A DNA stretch of 64,000 nt from contig NC_135661.1 of the NCBI RefSeq assembly GCF_964188315.1, forward strand, positions 30,752,001 to 30,816,000, given 5' to 3'. Made by a program: the position numbers and the translations under genes. The stretch comes from Podarcis muralis (Eukaryota). Positions 26,186 to 39,685 of the stretch are shown one piece after another. Numbering within the stretch: the first letter of the stretch is position 1; the number at the start of each line of letters is the position of its first letter. Under the pieces are notes generated by a model that was given only the letters and a program-made list of their open reading frames with translations, did no database searches and was not told the DNA's origin.

Positions 26186-26800
26186 TACCAGGAAGCACTT
26201 TTTAGAAAAGCCAATTTTTATGGGGGTTAGAGGTTTGACTGAGTGCTGCCCACTGCCACACACCCCTACTTTGTTCCTCATTTCAGCACAACCTATCCAT
26301 TTTAGTTCCATTAGCCCAAACGAAAGGATGCAGCATACACCTGCTTCTTCTAGTTGATGCTGAAGGCACCTTTGTGCTATATTTCCCTTTTTTAAAAAAG
26401 CAGCTGTTTTGTGCAAAACTGCTCTTGCACAAAACAGTTGTATTAAAAATAAAACTGTCCCCTCAGGAAGAACCAGCAGGTACAGAAGCCATTTGTTCCT
26501 TCATTGGACAAAATGATGCTTTTTTCCAATTGCTGCACGCTGGGGGCACGTTTGCAGAACATAAATCAACCTCTTATTTTTTATTTTATTTTTTTAATAT
26601 GAAGGTTTGGCAAGACTGCTCTTGCACAAAACCTCTGTATAAAAACAATAATTTAAAAATACAAACAGTAATCCACAGCCAAACATGAATTGGGAATGAA
26701 GGCACATTTGCAGATCATAAATCAATCTTTTAATTGTTTTATTTAAGTTTTTAATGCAGAGGTTTTGTGTAAGAGCAGTGTAAAACCTCCATATTAGATT

Positions 26801-26807
26801 ACACACA

Positions 26808-26858
<51 letters not shown>
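26801..26858. repeat. (AC)12(AG)17 compound microsatellite
   Basis: Read directly. Confidence 0.97.
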
Positions 26859-26861
<3 letters not shown>

Positions 26862-28651
26862 AACTGAAAGTTACAACATGAACTGGGAGGTAAAGGAGAT
26901 AGGAATATGGAAGCAAGGTGGTAAAGGGCCCTTAGGCTCCAGTCCACTATTGTACAAGAATGGGAATAAAACAACATGATGTACAACATGCAGCACAATT
27001 CACTGTATACTGAATAGTGCGCCCCCTTTCAGATAAACACCTTCTTAAGAAAGCCTGATGGTCCGTAATGATAAATTTGGCTTTCAAAACCTTTCTGAGG
27101 TAGAAAACTGCAAGCCAAAACAAAACAAAAAAAGTTATCCTATGCAGAAAACCCTGAATGAGATGAAGTTCAGCTGAACTTTTAAAGGGGCCAAATGAAT
27201 AATGACTGAATCATTTCTGACACCGGGAGCTTACAAGGCAAGAACATATCAGTCCCAGTTTCAGGTGCAAGGCATAAATTGGTTGTCGACTGCTGTTAAT
27301 GCAAAAGTAATTAACTTCTCCTTACGTGCATAACATTCGCTCTTTGACACAATAAATTCCAAGTAGCAAACAACAAAAAAAGTGTCTGTCATGATTTAAA
27401 AGGAAAAGAGGATAAGCAGCAGTTTAGTATTCTCTGCTCTGGGCTTGTGTGAAAAATTGCTCTCATTGCAACCAGTCAAATCCAGTTTGTGGCTGAAACC
27501 AAAGCCCCATGTATATTTTATGTATAAATCTATATATAAAACACTGCATATTGTACTCCAGAGACCAGGGCTATCAAACATTTAGCATCTCTTAATACAG
27601 AAGTGGTACTAAAGACCCCTGGCTGGTGAACATTAGTCATGAGAACATGTCAATATGGTAGCAAAGGGATGGAGATGACTTTGGTCTGCATTCACAATGG
27701 TGGTGAAGATTTATATTACCTATTTACTCATGAATAATTACACTGTCTGTTAACCCTACCCAAAAAAAGAGGGGGAAAAGGTAAAAAAAGAAGCAGCAAT
27801 GCAGTGCTGCAAGAGGCGAACATATTCCGCTAACTGACGAAGTCTTCCACCCCCACAGCACCACTTTTTATAGCGGAAACTACAGGTCAAGGATAAACGA
27901 AACAGGGGGCCCACAGGACACATCCAGTCATGTCTTGTGGTCTCCAAATGCCTCTCTCTAGTGCCAGGTTGGGGGCCATTTCTAACATAGCAGTTGGGGT
28001 GGGGGAAGGACTGGACTCTCCAAGCCAAGGTGCAGGTGGGCTGAAGCCTCCCCCCTCCCTTCTGATGCTCCATAATGGCATCAACTCCAGGAAGCCTTGC
28101 TGGAATGGGTACAGCTCCCCAGCCCACCCAAGCTGAGTAACATGTTAGGTACTTCCTCCCAGCACACAGTGGCCAGAGGCCTCATTTCAGAAAATGAGGA
28201 CACATCACTTAAGCACCTGTGAAAATCCTCTGTAATATCTTTTCTTTGTACTGGAAGTGGTGCCTACACTGTTGTTTAGTTGTGGCGGGCAAGACATGAG
28301 CAGGGCTTGACCCATCTGGGAAGGTTCTTGAGACAGCTGCTACCATGCAGTGGAGTGTGTAAGTTCAAGCCTCCAAGCACCTTGCCTGGGAGATTCCAGC
28401 CGCCCATGATGATGAAGCTGGCCACCAACCTTCTAGCCAAAAACTGTAAGAAGTTGCTGCAGTCAAGAGGAATTGTGCGCAGCGATTGCAACAAAATCAC
28501 TAACCACAGGCCAAAAGCTTCTCCGTGTTACGTTGCCTGATTTCTGGAATTGGTCAATATAGGTCACTGATGGAACCAGAGAGCAGCAACACTAAGAACA
28601 TCAGCTAACTCTAAAGAGCGTCTAATTTAAATAAAGTAAAAATCCTCTTAC

Positions 28652-28734
28652 TTAATCCAGTTCATCAGCTCCACTGTGTCTGGGTCATAGAATTCCCTCA
28701 GCTCCGACAGCTCAGCCATCACACCAGGCCAGAA
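28652..28734 (-). CDS. DPY19L3: DPY19L3 coding exon 15
   Basis: FWPGVMAELSELREFYDPDTVELMNWI; ctag| and |gtaaga; 83 nt. Confidence 0.97.
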
Positions 28735-30394
28735 CTAGAAGAAAAACCACACGGGAGGTGGGGGGGAGTACAGAGAATAATCCACATGTCAAATACTGGG
28801 ATGGAGCTCAATTCTGTAGCAGTTAGAAATGGCTGCTTTTAGAGAATGAGTGGGAAAACCTGACTGATGTCCCAGTCATAGGAAGAAGTAGGTTTTTTGC
28901 TCTGCTCAGCAGCAGCTGCCTTGTGTTTTAAAACATTACAAATGGGAACGGTATGGACTAAAGCAGGCCTACACATAGAACAGTAAGCTGGGAGGCTGCA
29001 GCAAGATGTACTGCAGGTGAAGATGATGTTCTGTTCATTGTGTCCAAAAACAGATCTCACAAATCACCAGCCACTTGAAGGAAAAGTGATTTTCCATCAC
29101 AGCAAGTGACAGGACAACCCCTCCTCCCACCCCCAAAAATGAACTAATTTTGAAACCTTCCCCCTCCTCACTGGCTGCTTTGTTTACGGAAAGCATGGTG
29201 ACAAGAGGGAGGTCAGTGGGGGATGTTTCACCCACTTCCTTGCCCGTCGCTTTTCACCCCCAGAAGCCATGTTTTTCCCCGTGAGGTTCCAGATGTGTGT
29301 TTGCAAGGGCAAAAGCATGTCCAGAATGTCACATAGAGAAAAGGAGATGGTTGGAATGTGTGTTTGTATGGGAGCAGGAAAACAGGGAGCAGGGAAAGGG
29401 TTAAACAAACAGCCACAGTTGAAGTTGAACAAATAAATATTTCAAGCAATGTATCTGGACTTACAGCAACCACATGTCTCTAAAGAAGCTTTCATTAGCT
29501 TATTCGAGATTAGGTTATAATCTCCCCCCAAAACCACCACTCGTTTGGGAGGAGGGAAGCTAATGCATATTTTGCTTGGGAAAAAAATGTATCCACAGAA
29601 GATAGTTCAACCTAGTTACTGAAAACGAGATGCTACTTACAAAAAGTTTCAGGACATAGCTAACTGGAATTGCTTGTGCAAAAACTGGAAGGGATTCAGG
29701 GAGTGTAGAGAGAGGTTTTGATGATTTGAGCGGTCTTCTGCCTCTGCCTCCATGGGAAGGTGATGCAGAGGGGAACCCACAGGCAGGTGACAGAAAGGGC
29801 ACCCAGTGCCCCAGGTTCTACGCACGTTGCTTTGATGTGCATAAAAAGATGACTGAGCTGGTCAGATTTGATCACCAGTTGGAAGGGGTCTGGGTAGGAC
29901 TAAATTGAGGCATACCCTTCTGTCTCCCCCAGCAGAGCTGATTAAGGCTGTCAGAGCTGACAGCACTAGTTGGTCTGCTTACTGAGAAGAGAGAGGGCAA
30001 CCTTTGCACTCATCAGCCAGTATGAAGCCTGGTGCTGCATGACATAATCTTTAGAGATCTATGCATAAAAGTTGGTATCTGCCACCATTTGCTTTCAAGC
30101 GAGAGCTAAAAATAAAAAAAAGACACATCTTGCAGCAGTTTCTATTTTTAAAAGTGTAGTGAAGTAAAACACCAATCAGTAAAGAGTACTACAGTGAACA
30201 TTTGTTGCTTTAAAAATGGCTCATACGTAGCAATGAGCCTTTCAACTGAGGATTGAAAAAACCTACAGGTTCAGAAAACAAAACAATTCTTGAAGAATGT
30301 AAGTTATATGTTTAATTATCCATGTAAATATTTATGAAATTTATTTATTTAATGTATTTGTATCATATATATATATATATATATATGCTTTCGT

Positions 30395-30760
30395 AGCATT
30401 TATATACCACCTTCCCACCAAAGCACACAAGGAGAGTTACCATTTTAAAATACTATAACTAATAAATGACATAAAATGTAAAGGTGGCCTGGAGTTAGGA
30501 GAGGGGGCAGTCTGACTGGAGGAGTTGTGTTTAGGGCAAAACTTTCACAAGGTGGCTTACAGCAACTGAAACAACGTCAAATAAGGATAAAAGGCTGAGT
30601 TTTAAAAAAGTGGTACTTAAAAGCCACCAATGAGAGTCAACTCTAAATGAACCTGGTGTGGGAGAGAACTGGCAAAGATGTGGGTCCACCACTGAAAAGG
30701 CCCTATCCATGGTACCTGGCAATCTGATGGTTCTTCGCAGCAAGCCACAGTACAGGTCCT
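30395..30760 (-). mobile_element. L2 LINE 3' fragment
   Basis: tttatataccaccttccc (L2 tail, reversed) and gtgggtccaccactgaaaaggccctatcc (L2 3' motif); related remnants at about 9125-9195 (+), 43620-43780 (+) and 56620-56890 (+). Confidence 0.6.
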
Positions 30761-31580
30761 TGGGACCAATCTCTGGGCCCAGGTAAAGCTAATAAAGGTG
30801 CCCCATTTTATGATGTCAACAGAATGTGGTTTTCAGTTTCACTTTTATGAAAGTGTAACTTGTAAATGCCAGATCTGCAAAAATGTACTGTTCAAAGGAG
30901 GTAACAGGGTTTAACTGGACCAACTATACAGAATATATTATCACAGGTCTCCTTCCACAGGTGCAAAGAAAATGCCATTCAGCTAGAGAGTCAGGTTGGT
31001 TATGAATACTATTATTTTCACAGCTCTTTTTCAGGTTATGTCTTCATTGACAGAAATTATTGCATAAGGAAGTGTGACTTCATATATTTAAAAAAATATC
31101 AGCATAGAAATCAAGGAGCTGATGGGTGGTTTGATTTCCTGATATATGAGATGAGGGGAAAATATTCCTGGTGTAACATAATTCACATAAATGATTTTCT
31201 CATGTACATAGGTAAGAACGTAAGAATAGCCTGCTGGATCAGGCCAATGGTCCACCTAGTCCAGCATCCTGTTCTCACAGTGGCCAACCAGATGCCTGTG
31301 GGAAACTAGCCTGTACTTGACAGTGTGAAGGAAAGTTAATGCGAGCATGGTGTGGTATACAAGGGAATCTGACAGCCGTCTCTGGCAAAAGTGCAGCCAT
31401 GATCACGGAGTCTACTTCTGTGCATACCATTGGTTGACTGTGACCTTTCTCCGCATGGCAGTATATCTCTCATGGACAAATGTAATAGGGAGAAATGGCC
31501 CTTAGTGGCTGAGAATTTTTCCTTATTTTCTAAAAGTAATTTTTCTTAAAAGAAAGATATAGACTAACAAAGAGCCCTAC

Positions 31581-31637
31581 CTTGTAACAAAGATACAGTA
31601 ATACGAGTACTGGTGTCAGATATCTGATCACAGATAC
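31581..31637 (-). CDS. DPY19L3: DPY19L3 coding exon 14
   Basis: VSVIRYLTPVLVLLYLCYK; ctag| and |gtaggg; 57 nt. Confidence 0.93.
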
Positions 31638-32184
31638 CTAGGCAGAAAACAAAAACAATTACATTTACTTAAATAGAACACCATCAATGAATGATCAACA
31701 AATTCTGAGAACAGAGACAACAGGAGCTGCTTCACAAATTGCATTTTTAGGTTATAGAGCCTCTTTGTGTTAGCAATTTCCATCTCTAAAAGTGATTCCA
31801 TTAAGAACTTTAACAAAATACCGTGTATTAATTTAGCTTCTGTGAAGCGCAAAATATTGTACTGGGCTATATGTGAAAAATTATATACTGTTGTCACTTT
31901 GATTTTTCATGAAAAGTGTTATTTTTTTAAAAAATGCATTCCATAGCTTCTGCAACATCACCATCTAGTGGACTTAAATAGAATTCCTTTAATAAGTTAC
32001 ACTCCCAAAATGCACCCTGAATTCCAGATTAAACTGTATATAAATCTAAACACTTTCCCTCCAGCGTACTGCAAATCTGTTTTAAGTGTGTGGTGGTTCA
32101 CCTCAGGCTACCCCTTAAAGAACTGGATTTTTCACACATCAGTGAAAACAAGCAAAGTAATAGCATGTAACAGCTCTAACTAAC

Positions 32185-32296
32185 CCTTTGCGGTGTGTAA
32201 AGATGGACAAATCTCAAAATCAGCCCCCACATGTCACAACTGCACAGACCAGAAGCTGCAAACACACATATGTGGGAAGTCCAAAGATATTTCATC
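32185..32296 (-). CDS. DPY19L3: DPY19L3 coding exon 13
   Basis: MKYLWTSHICVFAASGLCSCDMWGLILRFVHLYTPQR; gcag| and |gttagt; 112 nt. Confidence 0.96.
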
Positions 32297-32690
32297 CTGC
32301 AAGATGAAAAGAAAGAAAGAAAATGCAGAATGTGGAGGCAAGTTGAACAGTAATAGTATATAGATAATGTAATCTGTAATAGCATACATACTTAAAAAAA
32401 ACCTTTATTTTACTTCCAGAATATTCAGTATCTTAAAGCACCTACGAAGATATTTTTTTTGAAAATCTGTTCTGGAAGCTTATCAAATACAGCTAGAAGT
32501 AAAATCCCTCTGTATCCTAGTTTGAGTGGAGTTTCCATAGGACAATTTTATTTCATAACTGGGACATATGTTATGGGGGGAAAGTAAGGTAAACAGAACG
32601 AATAGGAATTTATAGTCTATTTTATATGCTACTTTATACTCTACATGTAATATCCAGTGCCCAATATGTATGATGTGTCAGATAGGGTAC

Positions 32691-32813
32691 CTCATTGTGC
32701 TCAAAGCCAGCAATCCAAACAGAATGGTGTGCACTAAATTGTAAGCAACACCTGGTTTCAGCAGAGTTATGCACTTTTGCAGTTTATCCGCAGGTTTGTT
32801 GTTCACAGAGCCA
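32691..32813 (-). CDS. DPY19L3: DPY19L3 coding exon 12
   Basis: GSVNNKPADKLQKCITLLKPGVAYNLVHTILFGLLALSTM; tcag| and |gtaccc; 123 nt, phases fit both neighbours. Confidence 0.93.
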
Positions 32814-33293
32814 CTGAGTGAGAGGGAAACAAAAGAAAAGGAGCACGGCTACATTAGCAATACGTTATTTTAAAACAGGACATTTGTATGCAGTTCAAAG
32901 GAACCTCCTGGTTCCAGGGAAAATAAAACATTCTAAGGCAATACTAATAGATTTTTCATGCTTGCCGAGTGCTTTAAATATTCCCCTGTGCAAGATTTTC
33001 TGCTTTCAAGCTGGACTGGCAAACGGTGGAACATGAGTGAAATAAATATGAAAAACAAATAATTTTATTTGCACATCATAATACTACAAATGAAACATAA
33101 ATGTTCAGGGAGGGGTGTGTGGAAACAGACGGTTGACAGCTAATACCAAATTTGCAGTTAAGAGTACTCCCCTGGTTTTACACAAAATACTGGTCTCAGC
33201 TGCTACTAGGAATTAGCAAGTGTTGGGATAAAAAAGCTGACAAAAGTTTCCCAGTTGAGAATCCAGTTCTACAGAGCCACCTTCTCTACAATA

Positions 33294-33317
33294 TCTGTCT
33301 GTCTGTCTGTCTATCTG

Positions 33318-33365
<48 letters not shown>
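33294..33365. repeat. (TCTG)n(TCTA)n compound microsatellite
   Basis: Read directly. Confidence 0.97.
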
Positions 33366-34129
33366 CATTTACTTGGTCCAGTAGATTTTCCCCTGCCCAA
33401 GTGAATCACTTTTGTAACAAAAGTCAAATGAATAAATCCATAGAAAATGACCAACAATTCTGCATACCATTGCAAAATATCCAAAAGTGGCCTATGAGGT
33501 TGAGAGCAAAAATGATCTATTTTTTCCTGGTAATTAAAGTTGTTGTTTGCTGTGAGCATAAATTCCAGAGAGCTGCTGCCAGTCAGGGGAGAGGCAACAA
33601 CGAGTTTGATGGACCAATGGTCTAGCTCAGTATAAGGCTATGTTCTCTTTAACATGCAACGTTTCATTGGAAGGATGTGTGTGTGTGTGTGTGTGTGTGG
33701 AGGAATATTTTTTTATGTGATGGGCATCTGTTGGCTTACGTAGTATAGCAAAGACACAAGTTTACTGCCTCACTGGAAACTAGGTTTTATTAACTCTACT
33801 TGAGCAACATTAAATTTGTTGTGGTTTCTGGACTGTGCTGACTACTGGCCTGAAATGCATCAGTAACCAAGCCTTGCTACAGTGACATGCTTTAGCAAGT
33901 GAACTAGCCAATATAAACATCATTCTAAAAACTGAGGCTGCCACTGCCAGAATTATATATCTTGGGTTCAGAAAACCAATTCTCTTTTAGATAATTGGCT
34001 CAAATCTGAGGCAAGCATGCACTGATGCTGAACTATGACTCTGTTCATGTCTTCCTCTTCTTATCAACAAGAAAGGAAAAAGACCCCCTGCACTGAAAAC
34101 ATAATCCCGCAATATAGAAACAGACATAC

Positions 34130-34288
34130 CTGAGATTTTGAAAAGCAACCACAGCAGATGTTATGGTCATCACCAAGAGCACAAATATATAGGCATAGAA
34201 AACTAAAGTGCCCGAAAGTCTTGTGAAAGTATTAAAAGGCAAGAGACCAAAAGCTTCCTCACACAGGTACAGGTTAGCATCAAAATCT
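34130..34288 (-). CDS. DPY19L3: DPY19L3 coding exon 11
   Basis: DFDANLYLCEEAFGLLPFNTFTRLSGTLVFYAYIFVLLVMTITSAVVAFQNL; ttag| and |gtatgt; 159 nt. Confidence 0.97.
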
Positions 34289-34864
34289 CTAAAGAAAAGG
34301 AAGACAACATTGCAAAGTTATTGGCATAATGTGTGTGTTTTAAAAAATCTAACAAAATTAGTCCTAAAGTTGCATGTTAGAAAAGTGCTCAAGCAAGATC
34401 AGTAACTACAACTCAGAATTTAAAAGCAAGAGCAAATGCTGCCTTATTGCTATTTGTCGCATTTCTAACTTGCCCTTCATTCAAACAAATCCCTGGGTTT
34501 TTCAAACAAAGCAATAAATCAGATTAAACTACAGCTGTGGACGTAATGCCCCCAAATTCTGAAACCCTGGTTTCAGTACCACCAAAAGTGAAATAGAACA
34601 AGTATTTTGTGCTGGAAGTCCATCAACATAGAGGGTAACCAACCTTTAGGGATGGGGTATTCTATCGCTGGGCAGCATCATAGAGAAAACCCTATTCTGT
34701 CTCACCATCCCTGCCAATGGGACAACCTGAAGAGCCTCTACTGCCGGTCTTACGGCACAGGTTGGCTAGTAAAGGGAAACATACTCCTATAGAAACTTGG
34801 GTCCCTCCCATGCCAAAAAACTAGAGGAAAACAATTTTGTTTTGAACTCTGAACAATACCATAC

Positions 34865-34938
34865 CTTGTTGCTCCAAATCCAAACTTTGCCTTCAGAAAT
34901 TTAAATATATGCTCATCTGACTCCAGATTAAGAACTTT
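34865..34938 (-). CDS. DPY19L3: DPY19L3 coding exon 10
   Basis: KVLNLESDEHIFKFLKAKFGFGAT; acag| and |gtatgg; 74 nt. Confidence 0.96.
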
Positions 34939-35746
34939 CTGTGAAGAGAGAAAATAAAAGTTATTACTTTCTTTTAGTTGTGAAGACAACTCTGCCATCC
35001 CCATCACATCATTTCACAAGCGCCACCCCCCCCCCACACACACTTTGGTTTTTCTTAAAATTGTACTTTAAGAAAATACACAGCACTGAGATCAGCTATA
35101 AACCTCTGCTTGATCCTTGATAGAAAAAGGCAGCAGCAGAGACACATCTCCAATCTTAGTGTTGTAGTACCAGTGGGCCAGAGGTTCTCCATTGCTGGTT
35201 TAAACATTGTTTGTTAGGTGATTTAAATCTGTGATTGTTCCTGTGAGTTGAAATTTAAATAGCCCATCATCATATTAGATGAGGTGATTGACAGGTAGGT
35301 GTGCAGAGAGGGGGCAAGTTTGAGATCAATCCTCTGGCTGGATCCAGTATCCCACCCCTGGTTTAAACTGACTGAGGAAGGATGTGACAAGAAGAAAGCA
35401 GAACATGGACATGTAGTTGAAGTTCATTATATATTTAGGCATCCCAAATGTAAAGCTACATATTCTATTTGTGTGCGTAGCTATACAATATTAGGGAAAG
35501 GCAAAGCATTTGCAAAAGCAGAACACATTTGGAATACTAAATTCAATTTGTCTGTTGTACAGACAAATAAGAAACAACATTTCTTTACAAACTCACTACA
35601 AATTTGCACATAAAGCCATTTAAGGTTACAAACCAATGCATATAATGTGTGAACAAACATAGTATTGCACTGCAAATCTGTTATACATATTGAACAAGAT
35701 ACTATACAGATTCAATTGGAAAAAAGATAGAAAAAAATTTACTCAC

Positions 35747-35848
35747 CTTAATAAAATTATTTACAAGAAATGTCAAGCACAGCACTAAGAGTATGTGAAG
35801 GAAGAGCTTCCCAAGCCTGCTAAAGAAGCCACCAGTTTTCAGGTTATT
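35747..35848 (-). CDS. DPY19L3: DPY19L3 coding exon 9
   Basis: NNLKTGGFFSRLGKLFLHILLVLCLTFLVNNFIK; ccag| and |gtgagt; 102 nt. Confidence 0.96.
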
Positions 35849-36199
35849 CTGGAAAATGTAAGCAATGGTATTTTAGTGTTTGCAAAGGAACACTGGGCAC
35901 TCATAGTGAATGTTTTTTCTGGTTTGGGGTGTATGAGACACTGATTACTAAGGGGCTAATCCCTTCAGAAAAGACAGGGGACTTGCATTTTAAGGTCTTC
36001 AAGGAAGTCCTATCCTGCATGGTTTGTATGAATGTGCACTGACTCACCAGGCTGTGGTGCAGATGCCTCGTTCACTCCAAGTCAAAAAGAAAATCCACAA
36101 TGAGTATGTAATATCTGATATAAAAGAGGCATCCATTACCAATGTGATAATGTCCTAGCTAACCTAACTGTCGGGTAAATCCAATCACGGTGCTTATAG

Positions 36200-36900
36200 C
36201 TGATTTCTGTGGGAGGACATGCTGAAGCCCACTCCTGACAGAAGCTCTCCTTGAAGAGGTGAAGATGCCTACTTCATAGTGCCTTGTGAATATAGATGAA
36301 GATTTCCAGGTGAGCAGAGATCTCCTCCTAGCAGCCTATGTCATTAAGCTCTTTGTTTTGCATTAATTCTTCCAGCCTTGGGAGGGAGGCCCTGAGAAAA
36401 GGAGCACCAGTGGAAGCAGCCTAGAGAACCAGTGCAGAGGCCTCATGGGACCCATTAAGTGCCCCTTTGGTCTTTTCACTATGTCCTAAAGAGACATGTC
36501 ATTGTCCTTAGATAATACGATGCCTGATAGGAGCACCACCACTGGGGGATTCACTATTGGAACTTTTAACATGTCCATAGGCTGAACTGTGAGGAAACAC
36601 TGTGGCTCTGTTACTTTGACATGGAACTGACCCATTTGGAATGAACCACTCCAAGATGAAAGGGGGACAGGTACCACCCTTGAGGTTGAACAAGATTTAG
36701 ACTGAAGCCCCTCTAGAGGTGGTCCCCTCTGGAGGCTTCGCCCTAAAAAAGTACTGCTTTCACCCTCTGGCACTGGTAGAGACTAGATTTATTTGGGAGT
36801 TTGGTGATGGTCTTTCTGGATACTTTCAAAACAGCAGTCGCTGGTGGGCAAGAGCTCCTTGCGAGACATCAGCTTTCAGCAGCTGCAAGGGACAAGGAGG
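36200..36900 (-). mobile_element. Decayed DIRS-like tyrosine recombinase fragment
   Basis: Minus strand at about 36215-36325 translates ...LTWKSSSIFTRHYEVGIFTSSRRASVRSGLQHVLP, resembling the DIRS YR C-terminus (ATWSSxxTFxRHYxLDV). Upstream frames are interrupted; boundaries are approximate. Confidence 0.5.
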
Positions 36901-37455
36901 GGCTCACTCAGCATTCTGGGTAAGAAGGCACAAGAGCATGGTGGAAATCCAAAGAAGGCTTTCCAGTTCCAGATGCTAGCATCTTTTAATGACATTCACA
37001 GGCCGAATTTTCTTCTTTGCAACTTTTTCCTTGCCAGTAGGAATGAACGAGGGAACACAAAAAATAAGAGGACATGACAGAAGAAAAAAACTATTTCTCC
37101 TTCTCCCCCTCTTTTTTGTAAATAATGCATCTATCAAATGACAAACTATGCTACTGAGCATTACTTGTCCATCTAATTTTAATTTAAAAACTACTGTTGT
37201 ACTGATGCTAGTGCATCAAGGTAGTTTCAGGTTTCCTTTCAGGATAGCACTAAATCTTTGAAGAGAGAAGCCAATAGGGTTTTCAAAGCACCAAGTCTCC
37301 AACAGCAAATGAAAAAAAAATGATTGTAAAAATGATTATGATAGGCAGTGGCAGCAGTGGAAAAAAAGCAACAGAAAACTTGAAGATATTCTGCTGTGAG
37401 AGCAGTTCTTCTTGAGCAAGATTGTAAGTAGGTTGGAGGAGGGAATCTCATTTAA

Positions 37456-37468
37456 AATAATAATAATA

Positions 37469-37499
<31 letters not shown>
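37456..37499. repeat. (AAT)n microsatellite
   Basis: Read directly, one interruption. Confidence 0.96.
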
Positions 37500-37500
<1 letters not shown>

Positions 37501-37810
37501 CTGACCATAAAGCATCTCATGGGCTCATTATGCATGAAGACAGCAGGACTAAGGAGTTCCAGTCCCAATACTGTTTGATCAGCAACTCTGCTTTCAATCT
37601 GACCATGGCTATTTCCCTATAATGATGTGGAGATCATGACTTGCTCTTTATGAGTCATGGTCCCTAACATCTAACACAGCTAATCAAAGGTGGCAGGCAT
37701 TTAACCATGTGTAATTTTATGAAGATTACCCAAGTAGCAAAGCAGACAACTTTTCAGCTTACCCTATTTGTTATTTTAACAAAATAAACTAAACCATGAT
37801 AAATACATAC

Positions 37811-37942
37811 CTGGAGTTTTCTTGCTAACAAGGTGGACAAATTAAAGCTTATAAGTAATGATCCCACTATCATGGAATTAAAGAACTGTAGGAGGCAAAC
37901 AAGCAGCAAACTAGCCACCTGTATTATGTAGATCCAGGTCAC
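37811..37942 (-). CDS. DPY19L3: DPY19L3 coding exon 8
   Basis: VTWIYIIQVASLLLVCLLQFFNSMIVGSLLISFNLSTLLARKLQ; gtag| and |gtatgt; 132 nt. Confidence 0.97.
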
Positions 37943-38499
37943 CTACAAACATAATGATAAGAAATTGTTCATGCCACAGCTTCTTCTTTTTTTAATTATC
38001 TAGCTTGCACAATGCTCACACCAGTCCCTCCTGTAATGAAGAAAATGGCACCAGAAGACAGAGAGGGCAGAATACCCACCAAGAAAACTGAGCTTGCCTG
38101 CAGATCTTTGTGGGGTTGTTTGTTAAAAATTAAATAAAACAACCCAAAAAGCATGACATTGATTTACATTGTTGTTAAGTACTTTAAGATACACAGTTCT
38201 ACTACTCCCATATCTCAACGCCAAGTTAAGATTTTTTTTTATGGCACTTTGAAAGTCAAGATTCTAGCATTCAGTTGAAAAATATGAAAAACAAGACATT
38301 CCATCCTAAACATACATACATAACCAAGTTTACTTTGCATCATGCACAGTATTATTTCATCAGAGTTCCTCATAATGAAGACAAGACTTCCAAACTTTGC
38401 AATCTCACACAGTGGCCGCAACACTGCATACAATCAAGCACACCTAAACGTGACTGTTTTCCATTATTTCAATGGCGGCACATTAAGCAATTAGCTTAC

Positions 38500-38634
38500 C
38501 TTTCCTCTAGGAAGCAAGTCAAGACAGTCAAGTGTGAACAAAACCAGTGCCTGGATCAACAACATAAACTGATTAAACTGCCAAGCCAAGCTGAAGAGGA
38601 AGGTTGAAATAAATACTGCCAGAAGTGTCAGCCT
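38500..38634 (-). CDS. DPY19L3: DPY19L3 coding exon 7
   Basis: RLTLLAVFISTFLFSLAWQFNQFMLLIQALVLFTLDCLDLLPRGK; ccag| and |gtaagc; 135 nt. Confidence 0.97.
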
Positions 38635-39685
38635 CTGGAAAAACAAAAACATAAGCTAAATGAGATACATGAGGAAAGATCGTAGTGGAAAAAAGGGAAA
38701 GTGATTACTGGCCATTTCAATGTATCAAACAGCTTTAAACAAAAACTATTCCCCAAAATCAGACTGTTACAAAATAAATAAAATACATCATCCATATATA
38801 ATTTCAAAATACCATGCATCTATTTACAAACATAGGGATGTTGCAGCATTCTGACAAAAACAGAAACAGGATTGGAAATTGTTGGCGGTCACTTATTTTT
38901 CCCATGTCCAGAATAAAAATCAGTTCATTCAGTTGCTTTCAGTCTGCAAATCATATTACGTCCCCCTCCTTTACCCTAAATTACCTTTGCAGTGAAATGA
39001 ATGGGTTGGAATAATATCATGACAACGTAATTTCCATAGTTTATTTAATTAATTACACAAATTATGTAATTTTGCCGCAGAGCTAAATGAATGAAATAGA
39101 TTTGGGCAAAAGACAAACTGCAACGGGAAATAGTGCTTCATGTGAAGAATACAGGGGCAGAATGGAAAATGACGCCTTCTTAGAACCCTACTCCAAAGTA
39201 GACATATCTCAAAGTACACTCTCTGGCTCTGAACCAACAGAGCACACATGCAGCAATAAACCCTTTTTTTAACAAAAAAATATTACCACCACCACCATCA
39301 TCCTAGTGAGAAAGGGGAGTGGGAGGATAGAATCCAAACCACCTTTTTCTCCCGAATAACCTAGCCAACAAGGCTGCTGCTTTTTTTATAAGGTCTCTAT
39401 GCCTACAGCATCAGGTTGTGGAATAGGGTGCTCAGGAGGCATTTTCACATGCAATTCCCCACGCAACTAAGAATACAACATAGAAGCCTGTTTCTGTGAG
39501 TAATGTGGCTCTGAGCTGGATTGGAGCATCTGCATTCAATCAAAGATTTGACATTTAACTATGGAAGAACAGCAATAATTATTTTCTGGTATATATTTTC
39601 TGCCAGCATTACCTTGGCTATTTTAGAAACATTTATCATTACATTTTAAAGAGAAAACTTTTTTGTGCTTTTAAAAAAGGCTCAC

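Noticed and set aside
28276-28540. Overlapping ORFs next to a DPY19L3 exon
   Set aside because: No recognisable homology; the DPY19L3 frame is complete without them.
33152-33625. 157-aa ORF with LSIY repeats
   Set aside because: Translation across the (TCTA)n microsatellite; no homology recognised.
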